A DNA stretch of 22,498 bases from Candidatus Aenigmatarchaeota archaeon (GCA_043808015.1 JAZDFI010000039.1:1-22498), one strand, 5' to 3'; counted from the first letter of the stretch, positions 1-8,281 are shown. Numbers and translations are program-made. Notes: generated by a model not told the origin, from the letters alone.

Positions 1-174
1 GAAAAAAGGCTTGTTGACGGAGCAGCTGTTGTATAAGGTGCCGTCGTTGCATGACATGTTATTTATGGAAGTGTTTTGCATGCCAGTGCTGTCATGGGTT
101 TCTACAGAAATGGCAGCGAGAGGCAGGCATATGAGCGTTAAAAGAAGTACGAATGCAAGCCATCGGATTCTCAT
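1..174 (-). CDS. Secreted Cys-containing protein, N-terminal part only (runs off the window edge); not in the ORF track
   Basis: ATG at 174, open to position 1: MRIRWLAFVLLLTLICLPLAAISVETHDSTGMQNTSINNMSCNDGTLYNSCSVNKPFF. It has a signal peptide, N-x-S sequons, a C-x-DGT-x-Y-x-x-CS-x-x-KP motif and an AT-rich promoter-like region upstream. Confidence 0.8.
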   Translation of the reverse strand, partial: MRIRWLAFVLLLTLICLPLAAISVETHDSTGMQNTSINNMSCNDGTLYNSCSVNKPFF

Positions 175-219
175 AGTAATATCTTGTTTTTATCTAATTA
201 AAGAAATTGGCCGGCTAAA

Positions 220-411
220 TCAGCAGGCAGAACCGAAGCCGAAGTCTCTTCCAATCGCGACCAGGTCGAAAATATCAACCTCGCTGTTTTTGTTTATGTC
301 CGCTAGGGCATTGAAGCCGCTTTTCAGGCCGAAGTTGGTTGCGACCAAAGCCATGTCAAACAGATTAACACACCGGTCTGGAAGACCGCCGGTGGAATTG
401 GTAATGTCTCC
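220..411 (-). repeat. Dockerin module, divergent copy with an insertion in the first Ca-binding loop
   Basis: GDITNSTGGLPDRCVNLFDMALVATNFG...ADINKNSEVDIFDLVAIGRDFG is a duplicated Ca-loop/helix. Its NFGLKSGFN linker matches the NFGMKSGFD linker of the enzyme dockerins. Confidence 0.8.
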
Positions 412-1230
412 GATGCATAGCGGATCCGCGCCGTCGCAGCTTTCATCCACATTGTTATCGCAAACTTCAGTTTGCGGCGAAGGGCAACCGCCCCACGCGC
501 CGCCCGCACAGGTCTCTGAACCAGTGGCGCAGATGCCCTGATGGTTCTGTGAACATAGTCTTGAAAGGCCTTCATCAACACTACCATCACAGTCGTTGTC
601 GATATTGTCGCACACCTCTGTCTGGACGCCACCAGCAATGCAACCTCCCCATTTTTTGTCAGAGCCGCATGTCTGCGTTCCTGCGCAGCTGTTGACAATG
701 CATGGCTTAGTTTCTCCCTGAAGACATTCGTAAACTTTAGCAGTCCCATTCTGGCGAGAGTTATCGAGCGGCTGGCTGTTCATGTCGGATATCTTGAGTT
801 CTGAAAGGTTAATGTAGCCGTTGCCCGGGAATGCAACAAGCGGCTTGAGCCTGAAGGTGACATTAGCCAGCACGCCGCTGCCGCTCACGCTTCCGGAGCC
901 TATTCTGGAGCACGCAAAGTCGTTTATGACGCCAGGGACTGAAGTGTCCGGAGTCAGGCAGAACGTCCTGTCCTGCTTGCTGTTGTTGAGGAACGTCGAT
1001 TCCTGTATTCTCACGAACTCCAGCACGGTGCTGTTGTAATGCATGTCAAACTGGAAGCCGTAGACGTTGCTTGCGCCGCTTATGTTGACGTTTATCGTAA
1101 ACTGCGAAGCGCTGAATATGCTGTAGTTATAACTTGCCGGCACTATTTTAACCAGCGCTGACGAACCGGCTGAGGTAAAAAGCGATGTTAAAGATAAGCA
1201 GAAAAAAGCCAGCAGTATTTTATTTTTCAT
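220..1230 (-). CDS. Secreted cohesin + Cys-rich (MopE-like metal-binding) repeats + dockerin protein, putative adaptor scaffoldin, 336 aa
   Basis: Start revised from 1401 to the ATG at 1230 (MKNKILLAFF signal peptide; ATGA overlap with the upstream stop; GGAGAGGT SD-like site). Cohesin-like beta-sandwich (FTINVNISGASNVYGFQFDMHYNSTVLEF...GSGVLANVTFR), two EVCDN..D..CDG repeats and a C-terminal dockerin (GDITNSTGGLPDRCVNLFDM...ADINKNSEVDIFDL). Confidence 0.85.
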   Translation of the reverse strand: MKNKILLAFFCLSLTSLFTSAGSSALVKIVPASYNYSIFSASQFTINVNISGASNVYGFQFDMHYNSTVLEFVRIQESTFLNNSKQDRTFCLTPDTSVPGVINDFACSRIGSGSVSGSGVLANVTFRLKPLVAFPGNGYINLSELKISDMNSQPLDNSRQNGTAKVYECLQGETKPCIVNSCAGTQTCGSDKKWGGCIAGGVQTEVCDNIDNDCDGSVDEGLSRLCSQNHQGICATGSETCAGGAWGGCPSPQTEVCDNNVDESCDGADPLCIGDITNSTGGLPDRCVNLFDMALVATNFGLKSGFNALADINKNSEVDIFDLVAIGRDFGFGSAC

Positions 1231-2057
1231 GCAACATTTACCTCTCCGTTTGAAACAGTCGCCTGAATCTCCGCTGCCTTGGAGTTCGCCAGTTTCAGGC
1301 CGGAAATCTTTATCTGGCTCCTGCCGGAAGCGATGGCCTTGAAAGTTATCTTTTCCAGCACGCCGTTGCCCTGGACCGCGGTTCTGCCCAGCCTTGTGCA
1401 TGCGATGTTTTCGACGATGCCGCTGGAAGTTTTGTAATCAACGCAGAAAGTGTTGTCCTGGCCGTTATTGTTTAGGAAAGCGCCCTGCTCGACATTCTGG
1501 AACTGCAGGATCGCCGGGTCGTATTCCACGTCGAACTGGAAGCCGAAAAGGTCCGACGCTCCCGAAACCATGAATTCTAGCGTGACAGTCTCGCCGTTCG
1601 CCACGGACGAGGAAACGGGGTTAACGCTCACAGTAACCGGTCCGGATGGTATGTCTGGCGCAACTGGGGTTTCCTTACAGTCCTGAGGGCAAGTCGAAAC
1701 GCTTTCGCTGGAATCGCATATGCCGTTGCCGCAGAAGCCTGTAGGCAGGCCCGGCCCGATGGGCGTCTGCATGACAACCAAAACATAATAAGCCGTGACG
1801 CACAGGACGACGATTACTATGGCCGCGCCGGCCATGTAAATCTTCTTATGCGACTTTCCGCCGGCGCCGCTTTCTTTCGCGGGTTTTACATCCTGCTTCC
1901 CGACATTCGCCTTCCCGCCTCTTTGAAATTCAGAAATGGCTTCATCAACTTCGTTTTCCTGCCATCCCTTATCCACGAGCATGGCCTTGACCTGCTCCAA
2001 GTCCTTGCCGGATTTTAAGGCAGAATTAACATACGATGCCAGGCGCCCGTCAACCAT
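1227..2057 (-). CDS. Single-pass membrane protein with C-terminal cohesin domain, putative anchoring scaffoldin, 276 aa
   Basis: N-terminal helical domain (YVNSALKSGKDLEQVKAMLVDKGW), basic KSHKK followed by a TM helix (IYMAGAAIVIVVLCVTAYYVLVVM), a CGNGICDSSESVSTCPQDC motif, then cohesin (GETVTLEFMVSGASDLFGFQFDVEYDPAILQF...GNGVLEKITFKA) at about 1230-1640. Confidence 0.85.
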   Translation of the reverse strand: MVDGRLASYVNSALKSGKDLEQVKAMLVDKGWQENEVDEAISEFQRGGKANVGKQDVKPAKESGAGGKSHKKIYMAGAAIVIVVLCVTAYYVLVVMQTPIGPGLPTGFCGNGICDSSESVSTCPQDCKETPVAPDIPSGPVTVSVNPVSSSVANGETVTLEFMVSGASDLFGFQFDVEYDPAILQFQNVEQGAFLNNNGQDNTFCVDYKTSSGIVENIACTRLGRTAVQGNGVLEKITFKAIASGRSQIKISGLKLANSKAAEIQATVSNGEVNVA

Positions 2058-2096
2058 ATTAAAAATTAGGCGCTGCCAAAATAAATACTAATTTGG

Positions 2097-2255
2097 CTAC
2101 GTGAACCTGCTAGAGACGAACACGACGTCAAATATGTCTATTTCACCGCTATCGTCCGTGTCGGCTTTCTCATCAAAGCCGCTTTTCATGCCGAAGTTAT
2201 AGGCAACAATGGCAAGATCGGAGATGTCGACTTTGCCGTCGTCGTTAAGGTCAGC
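2097..2255 (-). repeat. Dockerin module, copy 1 of 3 closely similar enzyme-borne copies
   Basis: ADLNDDGKVDISDLAIVAYNFGMKSGFDEKADTDDSGEIDIFDVVFVSSRFT, with two DxN/DxDGxVDxxD loops. Confidence 0.9.
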
Positions 2256-5093
2256 AGAGCTTTTACACGAACCGTCCGCCAGGACCGTGTCTCCAGCCTC
2301 ATCACAGCATGATGAAACGCCGCCAGTCGTGATGAAGTGCTCGCCCGCGTCATCACCGCAACATTCCGTCTCACTGCCAGTGTCGTATTCCCCAAATTGC
2401 GCGCTTTCTCCTCCGGCAGTCCAATTGGCCATGCAGCCGCCGATGCATGATGTTGTATAGTTGTCGCAGTCGCGCCAATTGCTTTTATAATCCGTTTTAG
2501 CCATGCACCAGCCGTCAATGCGGCCGTCGTCTGTCAGGTCAGCGTAAGTTCCTTTCGCAAAGCACGCGTCACTGTAGACGCAATCGTCGTCATGGCCGCA
2601 GTACGCTCTGTCCGTCAGGTTGCTGCCACCGTTGATGCAGCGCTCATCCGCGATATCATCGCATGATCGGCCACCATAAGTCTTGAAGTGAATGCCGAAT
2701 TTCACGTCAAATTCTTTGAATCCCAGGCCATATGCGGGAGAGTTTGGCTGAAGCCGGAAATTGCCATTGGTATAATCGATAAACAATGGGTTGGCAATGA
2801 CAGAATTCGCGTCCAGGCCGGTGCTTTTCCATTTTTCATACGTGATTTTATTGCTTCCGTTCAGGATGCTGTAACTGCTGGTCGTGCTGAAGTAAAGATT
2901 ATTGTCGCTCTGGAAAACAGCCGGGCTGAACACGCCTCCCGGTCTGGTGGTGACATAGAACAATTCGGGGTATCTATTATTATAATAGATTATGTTGTTG
3001 CGATAAAATGTCGGCTGCGCGCCCGTGCCGACAACGACCGTAGTCTGAGATCTGTTGGCGTCCACGAAAATGTTATTTTCCATGACGTTCCCTACTCCGG
3101 CATACGTCTGTATGGCTTCCTGCACGTTGTAAAGAAGGTTGTCACGCACGGCGCAGTTGCGGCTCATGTCGTCCATGTATATGCCACGTATGATAAGACC
3201 AGTGGGGCGTGTGGTTTTGATGCCGGCATGGTGTGCAGTTGCCATGACATCGTGAACAACGTTGTTCGCAATCGTCACGGCAGAAACGTCTTCGGTTATT
3301 CCATACGTGTATATCGCCCCGCCGTCTTCGAGTTTTTGCATGGCATCATAGACGTGATTGTATGTTATGGCGCTCGCCGAAGAGACCGCTGTAAGCCTGA
3401 TGCCGATGTAAGGGCATGAGAATACTTCATTGCCGGTTATCGTCGAATTTTTAACGGCATGGGTTACAAAAATGCCGCTCCCGTCCGCAATCACGATGCC
3501 GACATCATGCACCGTATTGTTTGCAATCGTGACGTTTTCAGGATTTTTGCATATGACACCGCTTTCGCCCATATCGTAAATTTCGTTCTCAGCTACAATG
3601 CCGTTTGACAGGTAACCGATGTCAATGCCGTTTCCACCGACGCTTTTCAGCGTGTTTCCGATGAAGAACAGGTTGTCGGCATACCTGATCATGATGCCGC
3701 TCTGGTTGAAAGATGAGGGGTTGTCTGTCATGTTCCAGTCGGCATGCGCGAACGTCAGGCCTGCCATTCCGATGTACCGGACCTTGTCATTCTTCGTGCC
3801 TTCGATGATCATGAGGTCTTTCAATACAGGAACTATGAACTCGGCCTGTCCGATGTTTTCCGAATCGCGCGGCTGATAGAACAGCTTTTTCGTGCCTTTC
3901 TTGAGGTACCATTCGCCGGGGCTGTCCAGGCCGGAGAGCATGTTCTCCACATAGTAGCGCGGCTGCTGCTGTTCGGTATCATAAGACAATGTGTTGACAA
4001 ACGGTGTTGACAGCAGCGTGACTTTGTCGGACGCGACGCTGCTGATGCGCGAACGCGCCACCGACCAGCTGAGTAGCGCCACGACCTCGATGTCATTGAG
4101 ATTCGGCCAGCTGGCATCTATGTCGTTGCCGTTGAACCTGAACGCGTTGTATTTCTGGGTCACCTGGAACGTGTTGATTTTTGCACGTTCCGATCCGTGG
4201 TATATTTTGAGCGCATGGGCACCGGCAGTATAGTAGCTGATGGCGGGATCTGAAACAGAACCCGCAACGAACGGAGCACATATCTGCCACAGCCACCGCG
4301 CACCATCGCCCTTCGCCAGGACGCTGCATTTTACAGGCTCGCCGTCATCGATTTTCACGTAATAAGCCCCATTTTTCTGTCCGTCATGGAATGCGTTAAT
4401 CGCAAAAGCGTAATAGCCGGCTTCGGCTACGTTGAAAGAAAACGTCATTTTCGGCGCGTTTTCATTGAACGTTGCGTAATCGGGCGTGCCTTCCGGGACG
4501 ACTGCATACGTTATCTGGTCTTCGGTTTTTATTTCATATCCGGACGCCGTGCCGCTTTCCGCCTGTATGCTGATCACGGGCACGTCGGCGCTTTTGGCGT
4601 TGAAGTAAACGCCTTCGTTGGGCGTCCTCGCCCTGACAGCCCTCTTGTCGTTCACGAAAAGCGAATTGAAATGACCATGCTGGCCGACGAACTGCGAGAC
4701 GTCGGCCATATAGATGCCGTTCTGGTATAGTTGCCAGTCCAGCGCCAGCGTCTCGCCGCCGCTGATGATTGCTTTTTCGCCCGGGTATGATTTGTACGTG
4801 ATGGGCTTGTCCGGCGTGCCGGAATCCTCAGGTCTCAGAACAAACGGCTGAGCCAGAGGGTATGTCCCGCCGCGAATCATGATTTCCACAGGCGAAACGA
4901 ACTGTCCTGCGTTTTTCAGGCTGCGTACCGCATCCCTCGCTCTTTCCAGCGTCCTGAACGGCTGTTCCAGCGTGCCCGGATTCGCATCGTTGCCATCAGG
5001 TGAAACATAAAAATTAACTGGATATTGGGCGGCCGACGCTTGCGCAACAACAATAAGGCATGCGACAAAAAATGCGGCGAAAATGCCCTTCAT
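2097..5093 (-). CDS. Secreted right-handed beta-helix protein (GH141-like/pectin-lyase fold) with inserted CBM-like domain, Cys-rich region and C-terminal dockerin, 998 aa
   Basis: Signal peptide; FYVSPDGNDANPGTLEQPFRTLERARDAVR N-terminus; LFVNDKRAVRARTPN; YYVENMLSGLDSPGEWY; parallel beta-helix repeats (DGGAIY, GIYMDD); dockerin at 2097-2255. Confidence 0.8.
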   Translation of the reverse strand: MKGIFAAFFVACLIVVAQASAAQYPVNFYVSPDGNDANPGTLEQPFRTLERARDAVRSLKNAGQFVSPVEIMIRGGTYPLAQPFVLRPEDSGTPDKPITYKSYPGEKAIISGGETLALDWQLYQNGIYMADVSQFVGQHGHFNSLFVNDKRAVRARTPNEGVYFNAKSADVPVISIQAESGTASGYEIKTEDQITYAVVPEGTPDYATFNENAPKMTFSFNVAEAGYYAFAINAFHDGQKNGAYYVKIDDGEPVKCSVLAKGDGARWLWQICAPFVAGSVSDPAISYYTAGAHALKIYHGSERAKINTFQVTQKYNAFRFNGNDIDASWPNLNDIEVVALLSWSVARSRISSVASDKVTLLSTPFVNTLSYDTEQQQPRYYVENMLSGLDSPGEWYLKKGTKKLFYQPRDSENIGQAEFIVPVLKDLMIIEGTKNDKVRYIGMAGLTFAHADWNMTDNPSSFNQSGIMIRYADNLFFIGNTLKSVGGNGIDIGYLSNGIVAENEIYDMGESGVICKNPENVTIANNTVHDVGIVIADGSGIFVTHAVKNSTITGNEVFSCPYIGIRLTAVSSASAITYNHVYDAMQKLEDGGAIYTYGITEDVSAVTIANNVVHDVMATAHHAGIKTTRPTGLIIRGIYMDDMSRNCAVRDNLLYNVQEAIQTYAGVGNVMENNIFVDANRSQTTVVVGTGAQPTFYRNNIIYYNNRYPELFYVTTRPGGVFSPAVFQSDNNLYFSTTSSYSILNGSNKITYEKWKSTGLDANSVIANPLFIDYTNGNFRLQPNSPAYGLGFKEFDVKFGIHFKTYGGRSCDDIADERCINGGSNLTDRAYCGHDDDCVYSDACFAKGTYADLTDDGRIDGWCMAKTDYKSNWRDCDNYTTSCIGGCMANWTAGGESAQFGEYDTGSETECCGDDAGEHFITTGGVSSCCDEAGDTVLADGSCKSSADLNDDGKVDISDLAIVAYNFGMKSGFDEKADTDDSGEIDIFDVVFVSSRFT

Positions 5094-5125
5094 GCTTTAA
5101 TTTTGTGCAGCTTCGTTATAAAATA

Positions 5126-5284
5126 TCAGTCAAACCTGCTTGACACAAAAACTATGTCGAAGATGTCTATTTCCCCATTGTCATCCGTATCTGCTCTGGC
5201 GTCGAAACGGCCTTTCTTGCCGAAGTCCGCGGCGACGATGACCAAATCTGAGATGTCGACTTTGCCGTCGCCATTTAGGTCAGC
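5126..5284 (-). repeat. Dockerin module, copy 2
   Basis: ADLNGDGKVDISDLVIVAADFGKKGRFDARADTDDNGEIDIFDIVFVSSRFD. Confidence 0.9.
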
Positions 5285-8080
5285 CGCGGAGCCTCCTTCT
5301 GTCATCTGCTGGATTATCTCTTCATGTGAAAGCGTCTTTTTCCATATCCTCACATGGTCTATGGTCCCGTTGAACCAGTTGGTAGGCGACGTTCCCCTGT
5401 TTAAGCCGCCTATGTTTATGTGATGATTGTAATTGCCAACCAGATTTATGTCGCCTGTCCAGCCCTTGTCGTCCGTGCTGCCGCTTGTGCTCGCGAATGT
5501 GGTCGCCTGTTCTACGCCGTCAAGGTAGATTTTATTCCTGCTGAGGCCGTCGGAAACGAACGCTACAAAATGCCAGTTGCCGTCGTTCACGGACGTGGTG
5601 CCGTTTATGTAATTCCAGTTGCCTCCGGAGTCTGCAAAGTTCCATGCCATGTCAAGAACGTTGTTTCTTATGCGCCACACGTAATTGCTAGACAAGGATG
5701 ACGAAGTGGCATAGGCGGCGATTGTCTGCGTGGCAGATGACGAAGTTTTTATCCATGCTGTAACAGTCCCGGCGTTAGCGCTGTCCAGCGCATTGTTCGC
5801 CGCTGTCTGGATATAATCGCCGTAGCCATCGAATTTGACGGCGCCGCTAATTCTGCCTTCGGTAGTCCAGACAGTATTGTTGTAAAAAGTGCCGTTGTTG
5901 CCATATGGCGACTGGTCCACGGCTTTGGTTGGTGTCTCTCCCATAGAAAGATTGTTGTCCAGATTCATCTTTAGAAAAACGTCTGAGTTCTGGCAATCAT
6001 CACAGTCCGCCTTTTGATAAACTTCAATGGCAGTCACGGAATAAGCGAGGGACGTATAAGTGAATGATTGACCGGTTATATCAAAAGTGACTGGCTGAAT
6101 CGCAGAGATTGAACCTGTCACATCATCAGGATTTATCTGGATGCCGTTGATGTTCGCTCCGATAGTGCGGTTAAGATGTGGAGAGGTCAGAACATAAGCA
6201 TCCCCTTTAAGATTTGGCTTGGTGAAACCATCAAGGTTTACTGAGAACGTTTCATTTGTCGGCGCCCTGTTCACGATCATCAGATAAACTTTATTCCCGT
6301 CATCTGATTTTGAGCTGAACACATAAACATCTAGAATGTTCGGAGAGAAAGAGGCAGTCACATCCAAAACTTTTGTGCCAAAATGATTCGCGAAGAGGAA
6401 GAAGGAATAGTAAGGCGCACGCGGTGTGTAATTGCCTGAGATTACGCCACCAATATCACCCAATAACCACCATCTTGTTGAAAACTCTGCGTCGTAGTTT
6501 GCCATTATTCCCAGCATGTTGGCAGTCCATAATGCATCTGCAAAAACACCATTGATTGCCGGGCAGGAGCCGCCGCATGCACCATATTCGCTTATCGAAA
6601 GCTGGGTATTGCTGTTATAATCACTAGTCAAGGATTTTAACTTGTTCAATCTCGCATCAAACCCGGAAAGGTCATTGCTATAGCCTTGGAGTTCGCCGTA
6701 CGCATCGCCATCATAGCTCAACAATTGGTTGATGGCTTCATTCAGAGGTTCAGGCTGGGTAACGGAACGGTAATGATGGACATCAAGAACGTCGACTTTA
6801 GGCCCTTGCGTATTCATTAACTCTGTTGCGAATCCATCAAACAGAAAACCCGGTGAAAACCCCAGTATGCCGGGGGAAATTGCTTTTATGGCCGAGTAAT
6901 ATTCTCCGTAACGAGCAGCATATCCTTGCACATCATTGGACGCAATTATATCCAGCCACTCTTTCCACCTCCATCTCCATCCTTCCGGCTCATTCCCGAT
7001 CTGCCAGTACTTTATATCATAATTCTTCTCTACATTGGCATAACTTACAAGGTCTGCCTGCCTCTGCCGGTTAGCGACATCTCTTGAGTCGTCCCAGGGA
7101 AAAGCTCCGGCATTAAGGGTTATCAGAGGCTCCGCCCCCACAGCCGTTGCGAAGGTTACGAAAGAATCAATATCAGAAGGTGTTATTGTCTCGGTGTAAG
7201 GAATTGGAGGGAACCAAAGATTATCAAATCCGCCGTCTAAAATCAGCTCCTCTCCTCCTTCGGCTTTCTTAAGGCTGACGTTGTCCATCCAGAATGTGCC
7301 TGTTGCGTATTGAAGCCCCGTGCGTAATTCAATCCATTCAATTGTTTTGCCCTGTTTCGGGGTGTACACAAAACTTACAGTCATCTTGCGGTTGGCGGTC
7401 GTCCCCTCTCCGACATCAATCTCGACCAGGTTAGTTTGATTGCCATTTGAGCCGTCAACAGTTAGAATAACTCCTTCGCCGTCAGAATATAAAACGGTCA
7501 TCATGAGACCTTTCGTTTCCCAGAAATTATTCGAAGAAACATCATTGCCCTGTACATAAGCTGTCAAGTTGTATCTGACGCCCGGCGTCAGTTTAGAAGG
7601 ATCCAGAAATTGTTGCACGACAAATAAAGCCTTAGGATCATCATTCACAAGCTTCAGTCTTCCATTCTCAATAGACGAGCCCTTCACCATTTCAAAACTA
7701 GGCCCGTATCTTATCCATCTATTGGGCTGACTCCTTTTCCAATAGAATTCATCGCTCCAGGCGCCGCCAGGGTACCTTAATACTCCTGGTTTTATTGCTT
7801 TGGTAAGCGCTATCATCCTGGGATCATTATAAAAATCGATATTTATTATGCGAAACCAAGCCATCGTCGGAGTAATAAGCACGTTCTGTCCGTAAAGCTT
7901 GTTGTCAATCTGGGCAATAACTCTGGTCGTGTTGACATTTACTGTATAGGTGGGTGAAGCAGTCGCGAGCCCTGCCTTGTTTCCGCCAGAATCATCTTTA
8001 AAAGAAATAAGACCTGGGCTGAAGACCATGACTATTATTGCAATCAAGGTTACGGCAGTAACCAGAAAAAGCCTTTTCAT
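5126..8080 (-). CDS. Exported clan GH-A glycoside hydrolase (GH51/GH44/GH79-like) with CBM-like insert, LamG domain and C-terminal dockerin, 984 aa
   Basis: N-terminal hydrophobic signal or anchor; KPGVLRYPGG..SD..YW motif; YWQIGNEP (acid/base); LSISEYG (nucleophile); C-terminal beta-sandwich; LamG at about 5306-5974; dockerin at 5126-5284. Confidence 0.82.
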   Translation of the reverse strand: MKRLFLVTAVTLIAIIVMVFSPGLISFKDDSGGNKAGLATASPTYTVNVNTTRVIAQIDNKLYGQNVLITPTMAWFRIINIDFYNDPRMIALTKAIKPGVLRYPGGAWSDEFYWKRSQPNRWIRYGPSFEMVKGSSIENGRLKLVNDDPKALFVVQQFLDPSKLTPGVRYNLTAYVQGNDVSSNNFWETKGLMMTVLYSDGEGVILTVDGSNGNQTNLVEIDVGEGTTANRKMTVSFVYTPKQGKTIEWIELRTGLQYATGTFWMDNVSLKKAEGGEELILDGGFDNLWFPPIPYTETITPSDIDSFVTFATAVGAEPLITLNAGAFPWDDSRDVANRQRQADLVSYANVEKNYDIKYWQIGNEPEGWRWRWKEWLDIIASNDVQGYAARYGEYYSAIKAISPGILGFSPGFLFDGFATELMNTQGPKVDVLDVHHYRSVTQPEPLNEAINQLLSYDGDAYGELQGYSNDLSGFDARLNKLKSLTSDYNSNTQLSISEYGACGGSCPAINGVFADALWTANMLGIMANYDAEFSTRWWLLGDIGGVISGNYTPRAPYYSFFLFANHFGTKVLDVTASFSPNILDVYVFSSKSDDGNKVYLMIVNRAPTNETFSVNLDGFTKPNLKGDAYVLTSPHLNRTIGANINGIQINPDDVTGSISAIQPVTFDITGQSFTYTSLAYSVTAIEVYQKADCDDCQNSDVFLKMNLDNNLSMGETPTKAVDQSPYGNNGTFYNNTVWTTEGRISGAVKFDGYGDYIQTAANNALDSANAGTVTAWIKTSSSATQTIAAYATSSSLSSNYVWRIRNNVLDMAWNFADSGGNWNYINGTTSVNDGNWHFVAFVSDGLSRNKIYLDGVEQATTFASTSGSTDDKGWTGDINLVGNYNHHINIGGLNRGTSPTNWFNGTIDHVRIWKKTLSHEEIIQQMTEGGSAADLNGDGKVDISDLVIVAADFGKKGRFDARADTDDNGEIDIFDIVFVSSRFD
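5306..5974 (-). repeat. LamG/concanavalin-A-like domain, copy A of a ~670-bp direct repeat
   Basis: Aligns by eye with 9412-10084 at both DNA and protein level, with long identical stretches (GDYIQTAANNALDSAN, SSNYVWRIRNNVLDM, YNHHINIGGLNRGTSP). Confidence 0.9.
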
Positions 8081-8122
8081 ATTATATTATTTGCATTGAT
8101 TTAATTAATTATGTCGGGCAGG

Positions 8123-8281
8123 TCACGTAAACTTGCTCGCCACAAAAACTATATCAAATATGTCCACTGCTCCGCTGCCGTCGGTGTCTGTTTTTTCGTT
8201 AAAACCGCTTGCCTTGCCGAAGTTATAGGCGACAATAGCGAGGTCTGAAATATCGACCACACCGTCGCCATTAAGGTCTGC
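8123..8281 (-). repeat. Dockerin module, copy 3
   Basis: ADLNGDGVVDISDLAIVAYNFGKASGFNEKTDTDGSGAVDIFDIVFVASKFT. Confidence 0.9.

Noticed and set aside
11-541. 176-aa plus-strand ORF
   Set aside because: It is antisense to the dockerin of the adaptor and to the signal-peptide gene at 1-174, crosses an AT-rich intergenic region and has no motifs.
1231-1401. 57-aa N-terminal extension of the adaptor in the ORF track
   Set aside because: It overlaps the anchor cohesin in another frame. The signal peptide, SD-like site and ATGA coupling all point to 1230.
2075-2097. GCCAAA-N11-TTTGGC inverted repeat between the beta-helix and anchor genes
   Set aside because: The stem is only 6 bp and surrounds an AT-rich promoter-like core. 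This is too weak to call a terminator or operator.
2688-3419. 243-aa plus-strand ORF and similar antisense ORFs (11706-12410, 12420-13037, 16242-16937)
   Set aside because: These are shadow ORFs opposite well-supported genes, as expected from codon bias, and show no recognisable motifs.
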